DNA of 64,000 bases, from assembly GCA_030390025.1 (NCBI GenBank), contig CM059432.1:108998001-109062000 (forward strand), read 5' to 3'. The DNA comes from Squalus acanthias (Eukaryota). The notes below the pieces were generated by a model. That model made no database searches. It saw only the letters and a list, made by a program, of their open reading frames with translations, and was not told the origin of the DNA. The translations under genes and the position numbers were made by a program. Shown here one piece after another: positions 39,201-55,300 of the stretch; positions within the stretch are counted from its first letter, which is position 1; every line of letters starts with the position of its first letter.

Positions 39201-42200
39201 AGTTCACAGACAGGATTCACTGACAGTTCACAGACAGGATTCACATACAGTTCACAGACAGGATTCACATACAGTTCACAGACAGGATTCACATACAGTT
39301 CACAGACAGGATTCACTTACAGTTCACAGACAGGATTCACAGACAGTTCACAGACAGGATTCACTTACAGTTCACAGACAGGATTCACATACAGTTCACA
39401 GACAGGATTCACATACAGTTCACAGACAGGATTCACATACAGTTCACAGACAGGATTCACAGACAGTTCACAGACAGGATTCACATACAGTTCACAGACA
39501 GGATTCACATACAGTTCACAGACAGGATTCACATACAGTTCACAGACAGGATTCACATACAGTTCACAGACAGGATTCACATACAGTTCACAGACAGATT
39601 CACAGACAGTTCACAGACAGGATTCACAGACAGTTCACAGACAGGATTCACATACAGTTCACAGACAGATTCACAGACAGTTCACAGACAGGATTCACAT
39701 ACAGTTCACAGACAGGATTCACTTACAGTTCACAGACAGGATTCACAGACAGTTCACAGACAGGATTCACATACAGTTCACAGACAGGATTCACATATAG
39801 TTCACAGACAGGATTCACTTACAGTTCACAGACAGGATTCACAGACAGTTCACAGACAGGATTCACATACAGTTCACAGACAGGATTCACTTACAGTTCA
39901 CAGACAGGATTCACATACAGTTCACAGACAGGATTCACATACAGTTCACAGACAGGATTCACATACAGTTCACAGACAGGATTCACTTACAGTTCACAGA
40001 CAGGATTCACATACAGTTCACAGACAGGATTCACAGACAGTTCACAGACAGGATTCACATACAGTTCACAGACAGGATTCACTTACAGTTCACAGACAGG
40101 ATTCACATACAGTTCACAGACAGGATTCACATACAGTTCACAGACAGGATTCACATACAGTTCACAGACAGGATTCACATACAGTTCACAGACAGATTCA
40201 CAGACAGTTCACAGACAGGATTCACATACAGTTCACAGACAGGATTCATTTACAGTTCACAGACAGGATTCACTTACAGTTCAGAGACAGGATTCACATG
40301 CAGTTCACAGACAGGATTCACATACAGTTCACAGACAGGATTCACTTACAGTTCACAGACAGGATTCACATACAGTTCACAGACAGGATTCACATACAGT
40401 TCACAGACTGGATTCACATACAGTTCACAGACAGGATTCACATACAGTTCACAGACAGGATTCAGATACAGTTCACAGACAGGATTCACTGACAGTTCAC
40501 AGACAGTATTCACATACAGTTCACAGACAGGATTCACAGACAGTTCACAGACAGGATTCACAGACAGGATTCACATACAGTTCACAGACTGGTGTCACTT
40601 ACAGTTCACAGACAGGATTCACATACAGTTCACAGACAGGATTCACAGACAGTTCACAGACAGGATTCACATGCAGTTCACAGACAGGATTCACATACAG
40701 TTCACAGACAGGATTCACATACAGTTCACAAACTGGATTCACATGCAGTTCACAGACAGGATTCAGATACAGTTCACAGACATGATTCACATACAGTTCA
40801 CAGACAGGATTCACATACAGTTCACAGACAGGATTCACATACAGTTGAAAGGCTGGATTCCCACACAGTTCACAGACAGGATTCACTTACAGTTTAAAGT
40901 CAGTATTCACATACAGTTCACAGAAAGGATTGACTGACAGTTCACAGACAGGATTCACATACAGTTCACAGACAGGATTCACATACTCTTCACAGACAGG
41001 ATTGACTGACAGTTCACAGACAAGATTCACATGCAGTTCACAGACAGGATTGACTGACAGTTCACAGACAGGATGCCCACACAGTTCACAGACAGGATTC
41101 ACTTACAGTTCACAGACAGGATTCACATACAGTTCACAGACAGGATTCACATACTCTTCACAGACAGGATTGACTGACTGTTCACAGACAGGATTCACAT
41201 ACAGTTCACAGACAGGATTCACATACTCTTCACAGACAGGATTGACTGACAGTTTACAGACAGGATGCCCACACAGTTTACAGACAGGCTTCACATACAG
41301 TTCACAGTCAGGATTCACATACAGTTCACAGACAGGATTCACTTACAGTTCACAGACAGGATTCACAGACAGTTCACAGACTGGATTCACTTACAGTTCA
41401 CAGACAGGATTCACAGACAGTTCACAGACAGGATTCACATACAGTTCACAAACAGGATTCACTTACAGTTCACAGACAGGATTCAGAGACAGTTCACAGA
41501 CAGGATTCACATACAGTTCACAGACAGGATTCACATACAGTTCACAGACAGGATTCACATACAGTTCACAGACAGGATTCACAGACAGTTCACAGACAGG
41601 ATTCACTTACAGTTCACAGACAGATTCACAGACAGTTCACAGACAGGATACACAGACAGTTCACAGACAGGATTCACTTACAGTTCACAGACAAGATTCA
41701 CAGAAAGTTCACAGACAGGATTCACATACAGTTCACAGACAGGATTCACTTACAGTTCACAGACAGGATTCACATACAGTTCACAGACAGGATTCACATA
41801 TAGTTCACAGACAGGATTCACATACAGTTCACAGACAGGATTCACAGACAGTTCACAGACAGGATTCACATACAGTTCACAGACTGGATTCACATACAGT
41901 TCACAATAAGGATTCACATACAGTTCACAGACAGGATTCAGATACAGTTCACAGACAGGATTCACATACAGTTCACAGACAGGATTCACAGACAGTTCAC
42001 AGACAGGATTCACATGCAGTTCTCAGACAGGATTCACATACAGTTCACAGACAGGATTCACATACAGTTCACAGACAGGATTCACATGCAGTTCACAGAC
42101 AGGATTCAGATACAGTTCACAGACATGATTCACATACAGTTCACAGACAGGATTCACATACAGTTGGAAGACTGGATTCTCACACAGTTCACAGACTGGA

Positions 42201-45200
42201 TTCACTTACAGTTCACAGTCAGTATTCACATACAGTTCACAGACAGGATTCACTTACAGTTCACAGACAGGATTCACATACAGTTCACAGACAGGATTCA
42301 CATACAGTTCACAGACAGGATTCACTGACAGTTCACAGACAGGATTCACATGCAGTTCACAGACAGGATTCACTTACAGTTCACAGACAGGATTCACATA
42401 CAGTTCACAGACAGGATTCACATACAGTTCACAGACAGGATTCACATACAGTTCACAGACAGGATTGACTGACAGTTCACAGACAGGATGCCCACACAGT
42501 TCACAGACAGGATTCACATACAGTTCACAGACAGGATTCACATACAGTTCACAGACAGGATTCACAGACAGTTCACAGACAGGATTCACATACAGTTCAC
42601 AGACAGGATTCACATACAGTTCACAGACAGGATTCACTTACAGTTCACAGACAGGATTCACATACAGTTCACAGACAGGATTCACATACAGTTCACAGAC
42701 AGGATTCACATACAGTTCACAGACAGGATTCACATACAGTTCACAGACAGGATTCACATACAGTTCACAGACAGGATTCACATACAGTTCACAGACAGGA
42801 TTCACATACAGTTCACAGACAGGATTCACATACAGTTCACAGACAGGATTCACATACAGTTCACAGACAGGATTCACATACAGTTCACAGACAGGATTCA
42901 CATACAGTTCACAGACAGGATTCACATACAGTTCACAGACAGGATTCACATACAGTTCACAGACAGGATTCACATACAGTTCACAGACAGGATTCACATA
43001 CAGTTCACAGACAGGATTCACATACAGTTCACAGACAGGATTCACATACAGTTCACAGACAGGATTCACATACAGTTCACAGACAGGATTCACATACAGT
43101 TCACAGACAGGATTCACATACAGTTCACAGACAGGATTCACATACAGTTCACAGACAGGATTCACATACAGTTCACAGACAGGATTCACATACAGTTCAC
43201 AGACAGGATTCAGATACAGTTCACAGACAGGATTCACATACAATAAACAGACAGGATTCAGATACAGTTAACAGACAGGATTCACTGACAGTTCACAGAT
43301 AGGATTCACATACAGTTCACAGACAGGATTCACATACAGTTCACTGACAGGATTCACAGACAGTTCACAGACTGGATTCACATACAGTTCACAGACTACA
43401 TTCAATTAAAGTTCACAGTCAGTATTCACATACAATTCAAAGATGGATTCACAGACTGTTCACAGACAGGATTCACATACAGTTCAAAGACTTGATTCAC
43501 CCACAGTTCACAGACGGGTTTCACATACAGTTCACAGACAGGGCTCACATACAGTTCAGAGACAGGATTCACATACAGTATAAAGTCAGGTGTCACATAC
43601 AGTTCACAGACAGAATTCACTACAGTTCACAGTCAGGATTCACTTTCAGTCCACAGACAGGATTCACATACACTTCACAGACAGGATTCACTTACAGTTC
43701 ACAGACAGGATTCACATACAGTTCACAGACAGGATTCACATACAGTTCACAGACAGGGATCACATACAGTTCACAGACAGGATTCACATACAGTTCACAG
43801 ACAGGATTCACATACAGTTCACAGACAGGATTGACTGACAGTTCACAGACAGGATGACCACACAGTTCACAGACTGGATTCACTTACATTTCACAGACAG
43901 GATTCACATACAGTTCACAGACAGGATTCACATACAGTTCACAGACAGGATTCACATACAGTTCACAGACAGGATTCACATACAGTTCACAGACAGGATT
44001 CACAGACAGTTCACAGACAGGATTCACATACAGTTCACAGACAGGATTCACTTACAGTTCACAGACAGGATTCAGAGACAGTTCACAGACAGGATTCACA
44101 TACAGTTCACAGACAGGATTCACATACAGTTCACAGACAGGATTCACATACAGTTCACAGACAGGATTCACAGACAGTTCACAGACAGGATTCACTTACA
44201 GTTCACAGACAGATTCACAGACAGTTCACAGACAGGATACACAGACAGTTCACAGACAGGATTCACTTACAGTTCACAGACAAGATTCACAGAAAGTTCA
44301 CAGACAGGATTCACATACAGTTCACAGACAGGATTCACTTACAGTTCACAGACAGGATTCACATACAGTTCACAGACAGGATTCACATATAGTTCACAGA
44401 CAGGATTCACTTACAGTTCACAGAAAGGATTCACAGACAGTTCACAGACAGGATTCACATACAGTTCACAGACTGGATTCACATACAGTTCACAATAAGG
44501 ATTCACATACAGTTCACAGACAGGATTCAGATACAGTTCACAGACAGGATTCACATACAGTTCACAGACAGGATTCACAGACAGTTCACAGACAGGATTC
44601 ACATGCAGTTCTCAGACAGGATTCACATACAGTTCACAGACAGGATTCACATACAGTTCACAGACAGGATTCACATGCAGTTCACAGACAGGATTCAGAT
44701 ACCGTTCACAGACATGATTCACATACAGTTCACAGACAGGATTCACATACAGTTGAAAGGCTGGATTCCCACACTGTTCACAGACAGGATTCACTTACAG
44801 TTTAAAGTCAGTATTCACATACAGTTCACAGACAGGATTGACTTACAGTTCACAGACAGGATTCACATACAGTTCACAGACAGGATTCACATACTCTTCA
44901 CAGACAGGATTGACTGACAGTTCACAGACAGGATTCACATGCAGTTCACAGACAGGATTCACTTACAGTTCACAGACAGGATTCACATACAGTTCACAGA
45001 CAGGATTCACATACTCTTCACAGACAAGATTCACATACTCTTCACAGACAGGATTGACTGACAGTTTACAGACAGGATGCCCACACAGTTTACAGACAGG
45101 ATTCACATACAGTTCACAGACAGGATTCACATACTCTTCACAGACAGGATTGACTGACAGTTCACAGACAGGATGCCCACACAGTTCACAGACTGGATTC

Positions 45201-48156
45201 ACTTACAGTTCACAGACAGGATTCACTTACAGTTCACAGACAGGATTCACATACAGTTCACCGACAGGATTCACATACAGTTCACAGACAGGATTCACAT
45301 ACAGTTCACAGACAGGATTCACATACAGTTCACAGACATGATTCACTGACAGTTCACAGACAGTATTCACATACAGTTCAAAGACTGGATTCACAGACAG
45401 TTCACAGACAGGATTCACATACAGTTCACAGACAGGATTCACATACAGTTCACAGACAGGATTGACTGACAGTTCACAGACAGGATTCACATACAGTTCA
45501 CAGACAGGATTCACTTACAGTTCACAGACAGGATTCACTTACAGTTCAGACAGGATTCACATACAGTTCACAGACAGGATTCACATACAGTTCACAGACA
45601 GGATTCACATACAGTTCACAGACAGGATTGACTGACAGTTCACAGAAAGGTTCCCACACAGTTCACAGACTGGATTCACTTACAGTTCACAGACAGGATT
45701 CACATACAGTTCACAGACAGGATTCACATCCAGTAAACAGACAGGATTCACATACAGTTCACAGACAGGATTCACATACAGTTCACAGACAGGATTCAGA
45801 TACAGTTCACAGACAGGATTCACATACAATAAACAGACAGGATTCAGATACAGTTAACAGACAGGATTCACTGACAGTTCACAGATAGGATTCACATACA
45901 GTTCACAGACAGGATTCACATACAGTTCACTGACAGGATTCACAGACAGTTCACAGACTGGATTCACATACAGTTCACAGACTACATTCAATTAAAGTTC
46001 ACAGTCAGTATTCACATACAATTCAAAGATGGATTCACAGACTGTTCACAGACAGGATTCACATACAGTTCAAAGACTTGATTCACCCACAGTTCACAGA
46101 CGGGTTTCACATACAGTTCACAGACAGGGCTCACATACAGTTCAGAGACAGGATTCACATACAGTATAAAGTCAGGTGTCACATACAGTTCACAGACAGA
46201 ATTCACTACAGTTCACAGTCAGGATTCACTTTCAGTCACAGACAGGATTCACATACACTTCACAGACAGGATTCACTTACAGTTCACAGACAGGATTCAC
46301 TTACAGTTCACAGACAGGGTTTCACATACAGTTCACAGACAGGGCTCACATACAGTTCACAGACAGGATTCACATACAGTTCACAGACAGGATTCACATA
46401 CAGTTCACAGACAGGATTCACTGACAGTTCACAGACAGGATTCACACACAGTTCACAGACTGGATTCACATACAGTTCACAGACAGGATTCACTTACAGT
46501 TCACAGACAGGATTCACATACAGTTCACAGACAGGATTCACATACAGTTCACAGACAGGATTCACATACAGTTCACAGACAGGATTCACATACAGTTCAC
46601 AGACAGGATTCACAGACAGTTCACAGACAGGATTCACATACAGTTCACAGACTGGATTCACAGACAGTTCACAGACAGGATTCACATACAGTTCACAGAC
46701 AGGATTCACATACAGTTCACAGACAGGATTGACTGACAGTTCACAGACAGGATTCACATACAGTTCACAGACAGGATTCACTTACAGTTCACAGACAGGA
46801 TTCACTTACAGTTCAGACAGGATTCACATACAGTTCACAGACAGGATTCACATACAGTTCACAGACAGGATTCACATACAGTTCACAGACAGGATTGACT
46901 GACAGTTCACAGACAGGTTTCACTTACAGTTCACAGACAGGATTCACATACAGTTCACAGACAGAATTGACTGACAGTTCACAGACAGGATTCATATGCA
47001 GTTCACAGACAGGATTGACTGACAGTTCACAGAAAGGTTCCCACACAGTTCACAGACTGGATTCACTTACAGTTCACAGACAGGATTCACATTCAGTTCA
47101 CAGACAGGATTCACATCCAGTAAACAGACAGGATTCACATACAGTTCACAGACAGGATTCACATACAGTTCACAGACAGGATTCAGATACAGTTCACAGA
47201 CAGGATTCACATACAATAAACAGACAGGATTCAGATACAGTTAACAGACAGGATTCACTGACAGTTCACAGATAGGATTCACATACAGTTCACAGACAGG
47301 ATTCACATACAGTTCACTGACAGGATTCACAGACAGTTCACAGACTGGATTCACATACAGTTCACAGACTACATTCAATTAAAGTTCACAGTCAGTATTC
47401 ACATACAATTCAAAGATGGATTCACAGACTGTTCACAGACAGGATTCACATACAGTTCAAAGACTTGATTCACCCACAGTTCACAGACGGGTTTCACATA
47501 CAGTTCACAGACAGGGCTCACATACAGTTCAGAGACAGGATTCACATACAGTATAAAGTCAGGTGTCACATACAGTTCACAGACAGAATTCACTACAGAT
47601 CACAGTCAGGATTCACTTTCAGTCCACAGACAGGATTCACATACAGTTCACAGACAGGATTCACTTACAGTTCACATTCAGGATTCACTTACAGTTCACA
47701 GACGGGTTTCACATACAGTTCACAGACAGGGCTCACATACAGTTCACAGACAGAATTCACTACAGTTCACAGTCAGGATTCACTTACAGTTCACAGACTG
47801 GATTCACTTACAGTTCACAGACAGGATTCACATACAGTTCACAGACTGGATTCACATACAGTTCACAGACAGGATTCACATACAGTTCACAGTCAGGATT
47901 CACATACAGTTCAGAGACAGGATTAACATACAGTTCACAGTAAGGATTCACATACAGTTCACAGACAGTATTCACATACAGTTCACAGACAGGATTCACA
48001 TACAATTCAAGACTGGATTCACAGACTGTTCACAGACAGGATTCACATACAGTTTTCAGACAGGATTCACATACACTTCACAGACAGGATTCACATACAG
48101 TTCACAGACAGGATTCACACACTGTTCACAGACAGGATTCACATGCGGTTCACAGA

Positions 48157-49387
48157 AACATAGAAGATAGGAGCAGGAGTATGCCATTCGGCCCCTCGAG
48201 CCTGCTCCGCCATTCGATGAGATCATGGCTGATCATCTAAACTCAGTACCCTGTACCTGCCTTCTCCCCATATCCCTTGATACCTTTAGCTTTAAGAAAT
48301 ATATCTAACTCATCCTTGAATATATTTAATGACTTCGCCTCAACTACCTTCTGTGGTAGAGAATTCCACAGGTTCACCACTGTCTGGGTGAAGAAATTCT
48401 TCCTCATTTCTGTCCTAAATGGTTTACCCGTTATCCGTAGATTATGACCCCTGGTTCTGGACTCTCCGACCATCGGGAACATTCTTCCTGCATCTAGTTT
48501 GTCCAGACCTGTCAGAATTTTATATGTTTCGATGAGATCCCCTCTCATTCTTCTATACTCCAGTGAGTATAAGCCCAATCGACCCAATCTCTCCTCATAT
48601 GTCATTCCTGCCAACCCAGGTATCAGCCTTGTGAATCTTCGCTGAACTCCTTCCATGGCAAGAACATCCTTCCTCAGATAAGGCGACCAAAACTGCACAC
48701 AGTACTCAAGGTGTGGTCTCACCAAGGCCCTGTACAACTGCAGCAGGACATCCCTGTTCCTATACTCAAACCCTTTCGCTATGAAGGCCAACATACCATT
48801 TGTCTTCTTCACCACCTGCTGCACCTGCATGCTTACTTTCAGCGACTGGTGCACAAGGACACCCAGGTCTCGTTGCACTTCCCTTCTCCCAATCTATTGC
48901 CATTCAGATAATAGTCTGCCTTTCTGTTTTTGACACCAAAGTGGATAACCTCGCACTTATCCATGTTATATTGCATCTGCCACGCTTCTGCCCACTCACC
49001 CAACCTGTCAAGATCATCCTGGAGTTTCTCGCTATCCTCCTCGCTGCACACACTCCCACCCAGCTTTGTGTCATCTGCAAACTTGGAGATATTACATTTA
49101 ATTCCCTTATCTAGATCATTAATGTATATTGTGAATAGCTGGGGTCCAAGGACCGATCCGTGCAGTACCCCACTACTCACTGCTTGCCACTCGGAAAAAG
49201 ACTCATTAATTCCTACTCTCTGCTTTCTGTCCGCCAACCAGTTCTCTATCCAAGTCAATACCTTGCCCCCAATCCCATGTGCCTTAACTTTACCCGCTAA
49301 TCTCTTATGCGGGACCTTATCGAAAGCCTTTTGAAAGTCCAAATACACCACATCTACTGGTTCTCCCTTATCTATTTTCCCACAAAT
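48157..49387 (-). mobile_element. 5'-truncated CR1 LINE (~1.23 kb: partial RT domain, ORF2 C-terminus, 3' UTR), copy 1
   Basis: VDVVYLDFQKAFDKVPH, SGVLHGSVLGP (canonical GVPQGS), ISKFADDTKL, then QRDLGV...[13 protein letters not shown]...FFTQ.VVNLWNSLP. One frameshift near 48880. The 3' tail reads ...CTCCTATCTTCTATGTT on the minus strand. Confidence 0.95.
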
Positions 49388-52300
49388 TTCACAGACAGGA
49401 TTCACATGCGGTTCACAGACTGGATTCACTTACAATTCACAGTCAGGATTCACATACAGTTCAATGACTGGATTCACATACAATTCACAGTCAGGATTCA
49501 CATACAGTTCACAGACAGGATTCACTTACAGTTCACAGACAGGATTCACAGACTGTTCACAGACAGAATTCACATACAGGATTCACATACAGTATACAGT
49601 CAGGGGTCACATACAGTTCACAGACAGGATTCACCTACAGTTCACAGTCAGGATTCACTTACAGTTCACAGACTGGATTCACTTACAGTTCACAGACAGG
49701 ATTCACATACAGTTCACAGACAGGATTCACATACAGTTCACAGACAGGATTCACATACAGTTCACAGACAGGATTCACATACAGTTCACAGACAGGATTC
49801 ACATACAGTTCACAGACAGGATTCACATACAGTTCACAGACAGGATTCACATACAGTTCACAGACAGGATTCACATACAGTTCACAGACAGGATTCACAT
49901 ACAGTTCACAGACAGGATTCACATACAGTTCACAGACAGGATTCACTACAGTTCACAGACAGGATTCACATACAGTTCACAGACAGGATTCACATACAGT
50001 TCACAGACAGGATTCACATACAGTTCACAGACAGGATTCACATACAGTTCACAGACAGGATTCACATACAGTTCACAGACAGGATTCACATACAGTTCAC
50101 AGACAGGATTCACATACAGTTCACAGACAGGATTCACATACAGTTCACAGACAGGATTCACATACAGTTCACAGACAGGATTCACATACAGTTCACAGAC
50201 AGGATTCACATACAGTTCACAGACAGGATTCACATACAGTTCACAGACAGGATTCACATACAGTTCACAGACAGGATTCACATACAGTTCACAGACAGGA
50301 TTCACATACAGTTCACAGACAGGATTCACATACAGTTCACAGACAGGATTCACATACAGTTCACAGACAGGATTCACATACAGTTCACAGACAGGATTCA
50401 CATACAGTTCACAGACAGGATTCACATACAGTTCACAGACAGGATTCACATACAGTTCACAGACAGGATTCACATACAGTTCACAGACAGGATTCACATA
50501 CAGTTCACAGACAGGATTCACATACAGTTCACAGACAGGATTCACATACAGTTCACAGACAGGATTCACATACAGTTCACAGACAGGATTCACATACAGT
50601 TCACAGACAGGATTCACATACAGTTCACAGACAGGATTCACATACAGTTCACAGACAGGATTCACATACAGTTCACAGACAGGATTCACATACAGTTCAC
50701 AGACAGGATTCACATACAGTTCACAGACAGGATTCACATACAGTTCACAGACAGGATTCACATACAGTTCACAGACAGGATTCACAGACAGTTCACAGAC
50801 AGGATTCACATACAGTTCACAGACAGGATTCACATACAGTTCACAGACAGGATTCACATACAGTTCACAGACAGGATTCACATACAGTTCACAGACAGGA
50901 TTCACATACAGTTCACAGACAGGATTCACATACAGTTCACAGACAGGATTCACATACAGTTCACAGACAGGATTCACAGACAGTTCACAGACAGGATTCA
51001 CTTACAGTTCACAGACAGGATTCACATACAGTTCACAGACAGGATTCACAGACAGTTCACAGACAGGATTCACATACAGTTCACAGACAGGATTCACATA
51101 CAGTTCACAGACAGGATTCACATACAGTTCACAGACAGGATTCACATACAGTTCACAGACAGGATTCACAGACAGTTCACAGACAGGATTCACATACAGT
51201 TCACAGACAGGATTCACATACAGTTCACAGACAGGATTCACAGACAGTTCACAGACAGGATTCACATACAGTTCACAGACAGGATTCACATACAGTTCAC
51301 AGACAGGATTCACATACAGTTCACAGACAGGATTCACATACAGTTCACAGACAGGATTCACATACAGTTCACAGACAGGATTCACATACAGTTCACAGAC
51401 AGGATTCACATACAGTTCACAGACAGGATTCACATACAGTTCACAGACAGGATTCACATACAGTTCACAGACAGGATTCACATACAGTTCACAGACAGGA
51501 TTCACATACAGTTCACAGACAGGATTCACATACAGTTCACAGACAGGATTCACATACAGTTCACAGACAGGATTCACATACAGTTCACAGACAGGATTCA
51601 CATACAGTTCACAGACAGGATTCACATACAGTTCACAGACAGGATTCACATACAGTTCACAGACAGGATTCACATACAGTTCACAGACAGGATTCACATA
51701 CAGTTCACAGACAGGATTCACTGACAGTTCACAGACAGGATTCACATACAGTTCACAGACAGGGGTCACATACAGTTCACAGACAGGATTCACAGACAGG
51801 AGTCACATACAGTTCACAGACAGGGGTCACATACAGTTCACAGACAGGATTCACATACAGTTCACAGACAGGATTCACATACAGTTCACAGACAGGATTC
51901 ACATACAGTTCACAGACAGGATTCACATACAGTTCACAGACAGGATTCACATACAGTTCACAGACAGGATTCACATACAGTTCACAGACAGGATTCAGAT
52001 ACAGTTCACAGACAGGATTCACATACAGTTCACAGACAGGAGTCACATACAGTTCACAGACAGGATTCACATACAGTTCACAGACAGGATTCACAACAGT
52101 TCACAGACAGGATTCACATACAGTTCACAGACAGGATTCACATACAGTTCACAGACAGGATTCACTGACAGTTCACAGACAGGATTCACATACAGTTCAC
52201 AGACAGGATTCACATACAGTTCACAGACAGGATTCACATACAGTTCACAGACAGGATTCACATACAGTTCACAGACAGGATTCACATACAGTTCACAGAC

Positions 52301-55300
52301 AGGATTCACATACAGTTCACAGACAGGATTCACATACAGTTCACAGACAGGATTCACATACAGTTCACAGACAGGATTCACATACAGTTCACAGACAGGA
52401 TTCACATACAGTTCACAGACAGGATTCACATACAGTTCACAGACAGGATTCACATACAGTTCACAGACAGGATTCACATACAGTTCACAGACAGGATTCA
52501 CATACAGTTCACAGACAGGATTCACATACAGTTCACAGACAGGATTCACATACAGTTCACAGACAGGATTCACATACAGTTCACAGACAGGATTCACATA
52601 CAGTTCACAGACAGGATTCACATACAGTTCACAGACAGGATTCACATACAGTTCACAGACAGGATTCACATACAGTTCACAGACAGGATTCACATACAGT
52701 TCACAGACAGGATTCACATACAGTTCACAGACAGGATTCACATACAGTTCACAGACAGGATTCACATACAGTTCACAGACAGGATTCACATACAGTTCAC
52801 AGACAGGATTCACATACAGTTCACAGACAGGATTCACATACAGTTCACAGACAGGATTCACATACAGTTCACAGACAGGATTCACATACAGTTCACAGAC
52901 AGGATTCACATACAGTTCACAGACAGGATTCACATACAGTTCACAGACAGGATTCACATACAGTTCACAGACAGGATTCACATACAGTTCACAGACAGGA
53001 TTCACATACAGTTCACAGACAGGATTCACATACAGTTCACAGACAGGATTCACATACAGTTCACAGACAGGATTCACATACAGTTCACAGACAGGATTCA
53101 CATACAGTTCACAGACAGGATTCACATACAGTTCACAGACAGGATTCACATACAGTTCACAGACAGGATTCACAGACAGTTCACAGACAGGATTCACATA
53201 CAGTTCACAGACAGGATTCATTTACAGTTCACAGACAGGATTCACTTACAGTTCACAGACAGGATTCACAGACAGTTCACAGACAGGATTCACTTACAGT
53301 TCACAGACAGGATTCACAGACAGTTCACAGACAGGATTCACATACAGTTCACAGACAGGATTCACTTACAGTTCACAGACAGGATTCAGAGACAGTTCAC
53401 AGACAGGATTCACATACAGTTCACAGACAGGATTCACATACTGTTCACAGACAGGATTCACATACAGTTCACAGACAGGATTCACAGACAGTTCACAGAC
53501 AGGTTTCACTTACAGTTCACAGACAGGATTCACAGACAGTTCACAGACAGGATACACAGACAGTTCACAGACAGGATTCACTTACAGTTCACAGACAAGA
53601 TTCACAGAAAGTTCACAGACAGGATTCACATACAGTTCACAGACAGGATTCACATACTCTTCACAGACAGGATTGACTGACAGTTCACAGACAAGATTCA
53701 CATGCAGTTCACAGACAGGATTGACTGACAGTTCACAGACAGGATGCCCACACAGTTCACAGACAGGATTCACTTACAGTTCACAGACAGGATTCACATA
53801 CAGTTCACAGACAGGATTCACATACTCTTCACAGACAGGATTGACTGACTGTTCACAGACAGGATTCACATACTCTTCACAGACAGGATTGACTGACAGT
53901 TTACAGACAGGATGCCCACACAGTTTACAGACAGGCTTCACATACCGTTCACAGTCAGGATTCACATACAGTTCACAGACAGGATTCACTTACAGTTCAC
54001 AGACAGGATTCACAGACAGTTCACAGACAGGATTCACTTACAGTTCACAGACAGGATTCACAGACAGGATTCACATACAGTTCACAAACAGGATTCACTT
54101 ACAGTTCACAGACAGGATTCAGAGACAGTTCACAGACAGGATTCACATACAGTTCACAGACAGGATTCACATACAGTTCCCAGACAGGATTCACTTACAG
54201 TTCACAGACAAGATTCACAGAAAGTTCACAGACAGGATTCACATACAGTTCACAGACAGGATTCACTTACAGTTCACAGACAGGATTCACAGACAGTTCA
54301 CAGACAGGATTCACATACAGTTCACAGACAGGATTCACATACAGTTCACAGACAGGATTCACTTACAGTTCACAGACAGGATTCACAGACAGTTCACAGA
54401 CAGGATTCACATACAGTTCACAGACAGGATTCATTTACAGTTCACAGACAGGATTCACTTACAGTTCACAGACAGGATTCACTTACAGTTCACAGACAGG
54501 ATTCAGATACAGTTCACAGACAGGATTCACTTACAGTTCACAGACAGGATTCAGATACAGTTCACAGACAGGATTCACAGACAGTTCACAGACAGGATTC
54601 ACTTACAGTTCACAGACATGATTCACTTACAGTTCACAGACAGGATTCACAGACAGTTCACAGACAGGATTCACATACAGTTCACAGACAGGATTCACAT
54701 ACAGTTCACAGACAGGATTCACATACAGTTCACAGACAGGATTCACAGACAGTTCACAGGCAGGATTCACATACAGTTCACAGACAGGATTCATTTACAG
54801 TTCACAGACAGGATTCACTTACAGTTCACAGACAGGATTCACAGACAGTTCACAGACAGGATTCACTTACAGTTCACAGACAGGATTCACAGACAGTTCA
54901 CAGACAGGATTCACATACAGTTCACAGACAGGATTCACTTACAGTTCACAGACAGGATTCACATACAGTTCACAGACAGGATTCACATACAGTTCACAGA
55001 CAGGATTCACATACAGTTCACAGACAGGATTCACATACAGTTCACAGACAGGATTCACAGACAGTTCACAGACAGGATTCACTTACAGTTCACAGACAGG
55101 ATTCACAGACAGTTCACAGACAGGATACACAGACAGTTCACAGACAGGATTCACATACAGTTCACAGACAAGATTCACAGAAAGTTCACAGACAGGATTC
55201 ACTTACAGTTCACAGACAGGATTCACATACAGTTCACAGACAGGATTCACATACAGTTCACAGACTGGATTCATATACAGTTCACAATAAGGATTCACAT

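Noticed and set aside
48243..49429. Functional reverse transcriptase or satellite-LINE fusion protein
   Set aside because: The LINE is 5'-truncated, frameshifted near 48880 and altered in the PQG motif. The ORF's start lies in satellite sequence, and there is no endonuclease domain.
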